DNA from: a virus
Taxonomy: Duplodnaviria > Caudoviricetes
DNA: 64,000 bases
Reading direction: 5' to 3' (one strand)
Virus record (IMG/VR): IMGVR_UViG_3300023235_001725
Below the pieces are notes generated by a model. That model saw only the letters and a program-made list of their open reading frames with translations. It made no database searches and was not told where the DNA came from. The translations under genes and the position numbers were made by a program. Shown here in pieces: positions 29,677 to 37,507 of the stretch. How positions within the stretch are numbered: the first letter of the stretch is position 1; each line of letters begins with the position of its first letter.

Positions 29677-29889
29677 GACTCATGTGGTTACAGCCGCAGT
29701 CGGTTTCTTCCGACCACAGCTCGTTACATGAGTTTTGTATTCCCCAAGGGAATGAACCATCTTAACTTTGGCATGGAGTTTTTATTTGTAATATACGTAT
29801 AAAACTTTAAAAAGTTTCACTCGTCGCAGCCAGGGTAATCCTCGCAATATGGGAAGTCTTCCAAATCGTTTTATTATAAGTAGCTCCGA

Positions 29890-30192
29890 TTATGGCCATG
29901 TCTCCAGATATATGTTTGTCATTATCATGTTTCCAACCTCTACTCTTGCTGTGCCTAGAAATTTATATTTGAAAGTGGTAAGTTTAAATCCTGAGCGCGT
30001 TATAGAACGAGTCTTAACTCCACCCATAAAAACTATAGGATGCAAACTATGAGGCCCAATAGATGACAACTGTGATTCTATCAAAAATACATCTCCAGGA
30101 GTCAGGTCGCTTAATTCAGGCGGATTTTTATATTCATGAATGAAGCTCCTGCTTTTGATGTGCACTATTTGAAAAGGTATTATGTATTCCAT
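29890..30192 (-). CDS. Hypothetical protein
   Basis: 100-aa ORF. Confidence 0.55.
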   Translation of the reverse strand: MEYIIPFQIVHIKSRSFIHEYKNPPELSDLTPGDVFLIESQLSSIGPHSLHPIVFMGGVKTRSITRSGFKLTTFKYKFLGTARVEVGNMIMTNIYLETWP

Positions 30193-30212
30193 TCAAAACG
30201 GTAAAATTTTTG

Positions 30213-30296
30213 TGACCAAGGAGGGATTCGAACCCACAAGTGCCTTTCGGACACCAACTTAGGAGGTTGGCGCAATATCCATTCTGCCACCTGGCC
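30213..30296 (-). tRNA. tRNA-Arg(CCT) with long variable arm
   Basis: CCAAC-CTCCTAA-GTTGG; variable arm TGTCCGAAAGGCACTT; A73; A at D-loop position 20. Confidence 0.8.
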
Positions 30297-30354
30297 AAAT
30301 CTCACCCAACAAATACAAGAACTTATGCTTCCACATTCCCGAAGGAGCCTTGCT

Positions 30355-30745
30355 TTTAAGATGTCCCCACAATAGGGTTAGAGCTACGCTTGTTGTCAGG
30401 GAATCGTTCCTGTCTGATTTCGTGATACGGCATCAACTACCCATCTCTGTGGCACTACCCACTTCTATTCATGCGACGACACACTAGCCTCCTGTGGGGA
30501 TATTTATTAGGGCCCGTTTCTTAAATGTCAGCGGCTGGAATCAGAGGCCTTCTGTCCAGCGGGACCGTCTTGCTGTTCCGAGGAACAGAGCAGAGGACGA
30601 CACAAGGTCTTTAACTGAGGCGCATAGCTATCGTGCCATTTCTTTACGGAGTCACTGTATCTCCACCCGCTACACCGCCATCTTTCGATGGAACTACCCT
30701 TGGAGTTGTCATCCGTTATGGGCTTTTCAGTGCCAGTTAAAATAA
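30355..30745 (-). ncRNA. Long structured non-coding RNA region (one or two RNAs)
   Basis: No credible ORF; hairpins CCATC-GAAA-GATGG and CTGTTCC-TCG-GAACAG; ATCCCCACAG/TTGTGGGGAC closing stem; RNase-P-like motif fragments. Confidence 0.5.
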
Positions 30746-30753
30746 TACCAAAA

Positions 30754-30857
30754 ATACTCGGTGTGCTATTACGCTAAAAGCTCTCAGATGGTCCCTTTAA
30801 CACCTCACGTCGCTACTCTTTAGATGATGGCTGCTTCCAAGCCTACATTCCAAGTAT
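30754..30857 (-). ncRNA. Stand-alone 23S rRNA uL11-binding (H43-H44) mimic
   Basis: ATACTTGG-AATGTAGGCTTGGAAGCAGCCATCATCTAAAGAGTAGCG-[39 nt]-TAATAGCACA-CCGAGTAT versus 23S consensus GGAUGUUGGCUUAGAAGCAGCCAUCAUUUAAAGAAAGCGUAAUAGCUCAC. Confidence 0.8.
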
Positions 30858-30859
30858 TT

Positions 30860-31270
30860 TTAAATTACACCTGAATAAACCACAACAGTCTGCCCTTTCT
30901 TCTTCTTAGGCTTACCTTGTGTTAACTCAAAAACTTCTGTAAGTATTTCGTTTTCCCCTGAAAGGCGTGTAACAACTAAACTATAAGTTTCAAGATGAGG
31001 CCCGTTGATAGGTACTCCTCCAACAATATCGATGTCAATAGAGCGTGTGTCACCATTGACAGTATTAGAAACAACGCCTCCTGTGGTGTTTTTTGGCAGC
31101 CAGACCTCAATCTTAACTTGATATTCATTTCCTCCTAGAGCAGTGATTGTAACGACGGGTTCATACACGGCAATGGATTCTTCGTCGTTATAGACGGGTT
31201 CTGCTGCAAAAGCAGAGGGCAGAAAAAACATTGAAATAAATACAATGATAATAGATGCGTAAGATTTCAT
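30860..31270 (-). CDS. Secreted hypothetical protein
   Basis: Signal peptide ending AFA; beta-rich body. Confidence 0.7.
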   Translation of the reverse strand: MKSYASIIIVFISMFFLPSAFAAEPVYNDEESIAVYEPVVTITALGGNEYQVKIEVWLPKNTTGGVVSNTVNGDTRSIDIDIVGGVPINGPHLETYSLVVTRLSGENEILTEVFELTQGKPKKKKGQTVVVYSGVI

Positions 31271-31446
31271 AAGCGTTATTTGTTTTTGTTTATATTACTA
31301 TTATACGGAGCTTTTCGAAAAAAGTTTCATTTGCTGTCTTTAAAAAACACAAGAAGCTTTACTAGCACCACATTGCCTGGGCTAGGAACCCAGGGTGTGT
31401 AAAGCATTAGGCGTCTCAGGAGATAAATCTCCATTCTTGCATTTAG

Positions 31447-31518
31447 TGACCCCGCCAGGATTCGAACCTGGGACCGATTCCTTAGAAGGGAATTGCTCTT
31501 CCACTGAGCTACGGGGCC
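31447..31518 (-). tRNA. tRNA-Arg(TCT)
   Basis: ATTCC-CTTCTAA-GGAAT, canonical cloverleaf. Confidence 0.92.
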
Positions 31519-31537
31519 AAATGTAAATATACGAAAA

Positions 31538-32539
31538 TCATTCCTCCAATAAAAAATGATTCGAAATAACTTTAAAAGAGACTCTATCTTGTCCATCGCC
31601 GCTTACCCAAACATCTCCTTCTTTCTGAGTCTCTGGATTTAACTGGCTTGGTCCATCAGCCATTTCTAGGATGGCATCTACAGATTCAGGCAATGCCATA
31701 GACGCTGAGACAAGTGGAACTAACTTTAGGCTCATTTGAGTGGCTAATTCTTGACAATCTTTTTTCGAGAGGTATGCGTATTCATCAATGTTGAATATGT
31801 TATAAACTCGGTATTCTTTTGTCACAAGCTCATATGGATTATCGCTGATTCCAGGCCCAACCAACTCGCCTTGAATAGCAATATTTTTACCGTAAGCTTT
31901 TAATTTCTCTTCTAGCCCTTCTTCTATCGCCGAAGACCACAAAGCATTGCTTTCAAGTTTTTTATATTGATAGTTTCTTCCACAAACGCCAAATTCGTTT
32001 GCGTTATGAAAAACTGTCATCGAGAGTCCATTAAGTTTTTCAGTTACGAAAAAAGTTCGCCCCTTTAAAAGCTCTATCTCCGAATCTAAGTTTTGAATTC
32101 TTTCCTCTTCTGTCTTTTTAATAAACGACGGAAAAACTCCAATTGCACTTTCCATCATTTCTTTTGGAATAGGTGGGTCGTACTTGATTATCTGTAACTG
32201 CTCAGTTACATCTTCTCCAATTTTAAAATCTCCTGAAGAAAGAACTGACAAAGGAAGTATGAGGCCTTGTGATATTTGACCTCGAAGTTTCATTGTTCTT
32301 AATCGGAACCCCGAAACTCCATATGGCAATTCTCTAAAACAAGATTTTCGAAGAAACTCAAATTCTTCTTTCACAGGCAATAAAGAATCTATCTCACAAT
32401 AAACTACCATGTCGCCAACATTGAATTCTCCTTTTTTGACCACTGACCTCCAACCACCAACTTTTGCAAGTTCGATACGGTCAGCTTTTTTAATAGGATG
32501 TAGTGATTCTATTCTCCGAATGGTTGCTAGTTTTCTCAT
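31538..32539 (-). CDS. RNA ligase (Rnl2-related, DRB0094 family)
   Basis: Start MRKLATIRRI; N-terminal OB domain ADRIELAKVGGW, motif I TEKLNG, QGELVGPGI, EGDV, FKVISN. Confidence 0.9.
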   Translation of the reverse strand: MRKLATIRRIESLHPIKKADRIELAKVGGWRSVVKKGEFNVGDMVVYCEIDSLLPVKEEFEFLRKSCFRELPYGVSGFRLRTMKLRGQISQGLILPLSVLSSGDFKIGEDVTEQLQIIKYDPPIPKEMMESAIGVFPSFIKKTEEERIQNLDSEIELLKGRTFFVTEKLNGLSMTVFHNANEFGVCGRNYQYKKLESNALWSSAIEEGLEEKLKAYGKNIAIQGELVGPGISDNPYELVTKEYRVYNIFNIDEYAYLSKKDCQELATQMSLKLVPLVSASMALPESVDAILEMADGPSQLNPETQKEGDVWVSGDGQDRVSFKVISNHFLLEE

Positions 32540-32582
32540 GTAAGCAAATATACGCATTCAATTGGGTTTTGTTTCAAATAAG

Positions 32583-32666
32583 CACGCCGAGCAGAAGTCG
32601 AATCTGCACATCCCTTACGGGCAAGGGTTTTGGAGACCCTCTGTCTCACCAATGAATAGCCGACGT
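32583..32666 (-). tRNA. tRNA-Trp(CCA) with long variable arm
   Basis: AGGGT-CTCCAAA-ACCCT, variable arm TGCCCGTAAGGGAT, G73. Confidence 0.8.
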
Positions 32667-32693
32667 GTATTAATTCTAACGTTGTAATTTTAG

Positions 32694-32776
32694 CGCTGGT
32701 CGTAGGAGTCGAACCCACAAATCCCGAAGGCGACAGGGTTGGAATCTGTCTCTCTCACCTATGAAGTAGGACCAGC
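32694..32776 (-). tRNA. tRNA-Trp(CCA) with long variable arm
   Basis: GCTGGTC/GACCAGC acceptor, loop TTCCAAC, variable arm GCCTTCGGGAT, G73. Confidence 0.75.
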
Positions 32777-32830
32777 GTATCGTATCTGTTTGGTCAGGTT
32801 AATCCTGACCTGGTCGATACAAACCATAAG

Positions 32831-32904
32831 TGACCCCGCCGAGATTCGAACTCGGAACCCTCAGTTTAGAAAACTGATATTCTGTCCAATTGAATTACGG
32901 AGCC
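32831..32904 (-). tRNA. tRNA-Arg(TCT)
   Basis: TCAGT-TTTCTAA-ACTGA. Confidence 0.88.
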
Positions 32905-32906
32905 AT

Positions 32907-33731
32907 TTAATTTCTTATATATGTGTTTACAAATCTTTTAACTCCCCCAGGCTTCATATTCAAAGCTTCGCAAGCTTGTTTCACCCAACCTCTTTTATTA
33001 AAATCAATATGAGACATGAGGTTTTTTCTTTTATTAACTTCTTCCTGTGAGAGCTTAAATTTGTTTTTAAACCCATCTTTCATCTTTCTACCTTTTACCC
33101 ACCCTTGACTAAAGAAATCTTCAATAGTCTGTTTGTTAACTTTTTTAGAATCAACTCCATTATTAATCCAGCAAGTATTAAATTGAGAATTAGATTTACC
33201 AATTCCTTTTCCTTTCTTTACTATTCTCAACTTTTTAATTGTCTCAGGTGTATGCTCTTTTCCTGACCAATCATAATGGTCTTGAATGTTTGGTATTCTT
33301 CCCTCTTTGTAGGCTTTTTTTAATCCTTTTAACCTAGCTTCCTCCCATTTCTTTTTAAACTTCGGGTTTTCATCTGCTTTTTTCTTAGCTGCTTTAGCAG
33401 CACAAATAGACCTATGCCTCTGATGCTCATCACTGATAAATCCCCCTCTGCCTCCTGGCATTAGATTCATACAGTCATTCTTAGCAATTTCCTCCAATGT
33501 CACGACCTCTTTTTCCTTATCAATCAACTCCTTTCGAGAATTGCAAAACTCAAGTATCTCTCTGGAGTGACATTCAGCTCCATGCTTATTGACAGAACGT
33601 CGAAGACGCTTACCTGAACCCAGGTATCCATCTTCAACTACATCGGTGGAATGCATCCCAATATAATATCTACCCGTTAGGGTATTAGTGGTTTTGTAGA
33701 TGTAATGAAACTTCTTTTCTTTTCTAGGCAT
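32907..33731 (-). CDS. GIY-YIG homing endonuclease (Seg-like, NUMOD3 repeat)
   Basis: HYIYKTTNTLTGRYYIGMH, YLGSG, HTPETIKKL; inserted inside the tRNA cluster. Confidence 0.88.
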   Translation of the reverse strand: MPRKEKKFHYIYKTTNTLTGRYYIGMHSTDVVEDGYLGSGKRLRRSVNKHGAECHSREILEFCNSRKELIDKEKEVVTLEEIAKNDCMNLMPGGRGGFISDEHQRHRSICAAKAAKKKADENPKFKKKWEEARLKGLKKAYKEGRIPNIQDHYDWSGKEHTPETIKKLRIVKKGKGIGKSNSQFNTCWINNGVDSKKVNKQTIEDFFSQGWVKGRKMKDGFKNKFKLSQEEVNKRKNLMSHIDFNKRGWVKQACEALNMKPGGVKRFVNTYIRN

Positions 33732-33782
33732 GGTGTATTATTTCTAATACATAGCTTCAAAAAGTACAAAACCGCCCAGGGG

Positions 33783-33867
33783 TGGACGAAGTGGGGTTCG
33801 AACTCTCGCACCCCGAAGGGCCTACTGCCTTTCCAAGACAGCCTCTTTACCATTTGAGTATCTATCC
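33783..33867 (-). tRNA. tRNA-Ser(GGA)
   Basis: CTGTC-TTGGAAA-GGCAG, long variable arm; weak T-stem. Confidence 0.75.
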
Positions 33868-33870
33868 ATA

Positions 33871-33960
33871 TGGAGGCGAAGATGGGGGTCGAACCCACGT
33901 AACATTTTACTGCCCTACCGCTTTAGCAAAGCGGCCTCTTTACCATTTGAGTACCTCGCC
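33871..33960 (-). tRNA. tRNA-Ser(GCT), CCA encoded
   Basis: CCGCT-TTGCTAA-AGCGG, long variable arm. Confidence 0.9.
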
Positions 33961-33996
33961 ATATGGCTCTAGTTTGAGTCGAGAGTCACGACTTTG

Positions 33997-34084
33997 AGGA
34001 AGCGAAGGGAATCCAACCCTCGTCACAATTAAGTGAGCCAGTTTTCAAGACTGGTGCGACAATGACAACATTCGCGTCACTTCC
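33997..34084 (-). tRNA. tRNA-Ser(TGA)
   Basis: CCAGT-CTTGAAA-ACTGG, long variable arm, atypical D- and T-loops. Confidence 0.8.
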
Positions 34085-34116
34085 ATAAAAACCCAACATG
34101 TCAAAGAACTGTATTG

Positions 34117-34202
34117 AGGAAGATAGAGGGTTCGAACCCCTGCCGAGCAAACGACACCCAGGGGTTCAAGCCCTGTTCCACACCACTTGCGAGGTACCTT
34201 CC
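34117..34202 (-). tRNA. tRNA-Ser(TGA)
   Basis: CAGGG-CTTGAAC-CCCTG, long variable arm. Confidence 0.88.
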
Positions 34203-34216
34203 TTATTTTTTGGACA

Positions 34217-34249
34217 CAAAAAAAGCCCTAAGATTTCTCCTAGGGCTTT
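34217..34249 (-). terminator. Attenuator terminator upstream of Ser/Arg/Trp tRNA cluster
   Basis: AAAGCCCTAGGA-GAAA-TCTTAGGGCTTT plus U-tract; competing CCTAGGGC at 34295-34302. Confidence 0.85.
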
Positions 34250-34274
34250 CCTTGATATCGTTTATGAATTCACA

Positions 34275-34358
34275 TTAACGCATAACTCGGTCAGGCCCTA
34301 GGTTTTTCCTAGAACTCCATCTTGATGACGACCAATTTATGTTTGGGAGTGTTTTCAT
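34275..34358 (-). promoter_or_regulatory. Leader peptide (27 aa) of tRNA-cluster attenuator 2
   Basis: MKTLPNINWSSSRWSSRKNLGPDRVMR*; TGG TCG TCA TCA AGA TGG AGT TCT AGG at 34308-34334. Confidence 0.82.
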
Positions 34359-34461
34359 TGTTTTTGTTCTTTACCTTCAAGTTTTATTTCTCAGGGACGA
34401 GAAGGAATTAGTTGTCAATATATAGTTGGGAAAAATATTTTCTCGTTCTATAATTGAGACG

Positions 34462-34469
34462 CAAAGATA
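34462..34469 (-). promoter_or_regulatory. Bacteroidota-type -7 promoter element TATCTTTG
   Basis: Matches TAnnTTTG; similar elements at 32545-32552 and 56057-56064. Confidence 0.65.
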
Positions 34470-34560
34470 TACAATAAGTTGCATCTATTCCAAGTTTTTA
34501 TGTAAATATTTAAAAATTATTTTACAATTTACTGATTTTTAGTGTATTGTGAAATAGTAG

Positions 34561-36704
34561 TAAATTATTCCTTTACAGGATGAGGTGATAAACAGGGGTA
34601 TGATGTCAAACCAAGAAGTGCAAAATGTTGTGATTCCCTTACAGGATGAGATGATAAACAGGGGAGGGAGCAACTTCAAATACCTACAAGCTGTTGTGAT
34701 TCCCTTGCAGAATGAGATGATAAACAGGTCTAACGATGGAATAACCACCTTAGGCGAAGTTGTGATTCCCTTGCAGAATGAGATGATAAACAGGTTTAAA
34801 AGTTGAATGCGCCCCGTGCATCCCGTTGTGATTCCCTTGCAGAATGAGATGATAAACAGGTGAGCATTATTCTCTAAACAAAATTTATCTCGAATAAATT
34901 TCAGCCTATTTCAGATTAAACAACAACAATGGAAAATGAAATCGACCGTCTAAATTATCTTTTAACAGCTGTAAACACAGAGAACACATTGAAAGGGCTT
35001 GCACTTGCTGAAATCACCAAAATCTGCTGTCAAAAGTCAAAGAATTTCAGAGATATAAAGCAAATCGAAGACATCCTTCTTAAACTAAAAAATAATCAGC
35101 AGAAATTCCGTTTTAAACAGGAGATAAAATATTTCAAACAGATGGCAGGTAGTTGTGATTCCCTTGCAGAATGAGATGATAAACAGGCGGATTACGATTA
35201 GCCACAGCACCCAACAGTTGTGATTCCCTTGCAGAATGAGATGATAAACAGGCACAGCCAAATAAAGAATTACCAAGATGGTGTTGTGATTCCCTTGCAG
35301 AATGAGATGATAAACAGGTACCAAAACAGAAACATATTTGCTTGCCATGTTGTGATTCCCTTGCAGAATGAGATGATAAACAGGAGGGAATTGATACATC
35401 AGAAAGCCTTTATGTTGTGATTCCCTTGCAGAATGAGATGATAAACAGGGGCAATCGCCTTGAATAATTTTGCTGTTCAGTTGTGATTCCCTTGCAGAAT
35501 GAGATGATAAACAGGAGACTATAATGAATACCGATTTGAGGAAGAGTTGTGATTCCCTTGCAGAATGAGATGATAAACAAGGCAAAGGTCGGGAGCTTGC
35601 AAGCAGATATAGTTGTGATTCCCTTGCAGAATGAGATGATAAACAGGACAAAGGATAAGAAGGGCGTGTAGCTATTAGTTGTGATTCCCTTGCAGAATGA
35701 GATGATAAACAGGCAAAGCAACATCGAATGGAAGCAAGAGAGTAGTTGTGATTCCCTTGCAGAATGAGATGATAAACAGGTTCACCTTCGTTTCGAGGTG
35801 GTTTTTGTCTGTTGTGATTCCCTTGCAGAATGAGATGATAAACAGGGAAGCTTTTGGAACTAATTCCGCTAATCGAGTTGTGATTCCCTTGCAGAATGAG
35901 ATGATAAACAGGGGAATCGAATTCCTTTAGTACGTTCCTTTTGTTGTGATTCCCTTGCAGAATGAGATGATAAACAGGTAGATTAAATCTTAGTCTTCAA
36001 GACCAATCGTTGTGATTCCCTTGCAGAATGAGATGATAAACAGGGACGGTATGCATTCAAAATATCATTGCGCTGTTGTGATTCCCTTGCAGAATGAGAT
36101 GATAAACAGGTAGATTAAATCTTAGTCTTCAAGACCAATCGTTGTGATTCCCTTGCAGAATGAGATGATAAACAGGGACGGTATGCATTCAAAATATCAT
36201 TACGCTGTTGTGATTCCCTTGCAGAATGAGATGATAAACAGGCTACTTCAACTTGACCCAAAAAGACATACAGTTGTGATTCCCTTGCAGAATGAGATGA
36301 TAAACAGGTGCAGTCCAATTCATGATAAACGCATTAAAGTTGTGATTCCCTTGCAGAATGAGATGATAAACAGGTCAATTTCATGTTGGGTGCTGTGACT
36401 AAAGGTTGTGATTCCCTTGCAGAATGAGATGATAAACAGGTTTATTTAAACAATGCAAAAAACAAACCAAGTTGTGATTCCCTTGCAGAATGAGATGATA
36501 AACAGGTGGACCACTCAACCCAAATAACCCGCGCATGTTGTGATTCCCTTGCAGAATGAGATGATAAACAGGTGCACAAAGCTTTAATTATCAAAGGTTC
36601 ACGTTGTGATTCCCTTGCAGAATGAGATGATAAACAGGTGTTTGAAGTTGGCGAACTTGATTCTAAGAGTTGTGATTCCCTTGCAGAATGAGATGATAAA
36701 CAGG
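34561..36704. CRISPR. CRISPR array, 29 repeats of 36 bp, spacers 29-31 bp
   Basis: Repeat GTTGTGATTCCCTTGCAGAATGAGATGATAAACAGG; two leftmost repeats degenerate; one 291-bp interruption (34861-35151); 27 normal spacers; probably transcribed on minus strand with the cas operon. Confidence 0.98.
34929..35174 (+). CDS. Small ORF inside the CRISPR-array insertion
   Basis: MENEIDRLNYLLTAV...; A-rich leader; stop lies inside the next repeat, so the native 3' end is probably lost. Confidence 0.45.
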   Translation: MENEIDRLNYLLTAVNTENTLKGLALAEITKICCQKSKNFRDIKQIEDILLKLKNNQQKFRFKQEIKYFKQMAGSCDSLAE

Positions 36705-36790
36705 GTACCTGTGGCTAATGCGCTAATAAACAAGCAACAACCACATGTACTGGATGGAAAAAAGACGTCAAAGAGCGCTTGCACAAGGAG

Positions 36791-37507
36791 TCAGATGTAG
36801 AGTTTTGAGTTTGTAATCTCCATAACCATTCCAAACCCTATTCCTGTAGATTGTCCCAAACCATAGTCGTGAATAGCTTGAGCAATCTTTTTGTTGCAAT
36901 GTACAACAACGCTGCATACATTTGCTTTGTTCACACTGGTTTTACTTGGGGCTCCAGAAGAACTCATCAAAATATCTCTAACCTTATTGTGGTTTGATTT
37001 CTGAACTTCAATTCTAAAGCCGTCAAATTTTAAAGTGTTGTCAATGTTTGACAAACGTCTTTTTGTTTGTTCAGACAACTCCTCTTCAAACCCATCATCA
37101 TTTAGGGTGTGAAATTCATAACGGCCTCCATTTTTTTTCTTTAGCAAAATGCCAGTTTCAGTGGTTTTAAAAACAGTAAAACCATCATACAAGTCTTCTT
37201 GGATGAACTCAATGCCCGTCAGTTTCATTCCAAATCCAAAATCTTTATTTGCTCCTGCTCCTGCGAGAAGTTTATTTAAAAAGCTCTCGTCTCCAGAGGA
37301 TATAAACAAACTGCCTCCATGAGCGTACTCAATGGATGTTCCGCCTTCTGTAATCGTTCCTCCAATCATCCTAGAGATAACATAGTTAGAAGGTTGATTG
37401 TGATAGAGATTATCTTTTCCTAAGCATTTATGAATGTAACTCACAACGTGCTTAAGGTTATTTGGAACCAACTCCTTTGCGGAGCTAAATTTTAACTGTA
37501 TTCTCAT
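36791..37507 (-). CDS. cas6: Cas6 endoribonuclease (I-B/III-like, not Cas6f)
   Basis: C-terminal G-rich loop YGLGQSTGIGFGMV; 238 aa; adjacent to array. Confidence 0.88.
   Translation of the reverse strand: MRIQLKFSSAKELVPNNLKHVVSYIHKCLGKDNLYHNQPSNYVISRMIGGTITEGGTSIEYAHGGSLFISSGDESFLNKLLAGAGANKDFGFGMKLTGIEFIQEDLYDGFTVFKTTETGILLKKKNGGRYEFHTLNDDGFEEELSEQTKRRLSNIDNTLKFDGFRIEVQKSNHNKVRDILMSSSGAPSKTSVNKANVCSVVVHCNKKIAQAIHDYGLGQSTGIGFGMVMEITNSKLYI

Noticed and set aside
30754-30857. Possible real 23S rRNA gene, implying a cellular contig
   Set aside because: Similarity is confined to about 60 nt closed by its own stem; flanks are an ORF and unrelated RNA; no 16S or 5S sequence
33783-34202. U73/A73 discriminators in tRNA-Ser; possible tRNA-Sec at 33997
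   Set aside because: SerRS relies mainly on the variable arm, so this is weak evidence of altered identity; the anticodon is TGA (Ser), not TCA
34539-36800. Many ORF-track ORFs with repeated VIPLQNEMINR or LFIISFCKGITT
   Set aside because: Translations of the CRISPR repeat-spacer units, not genes
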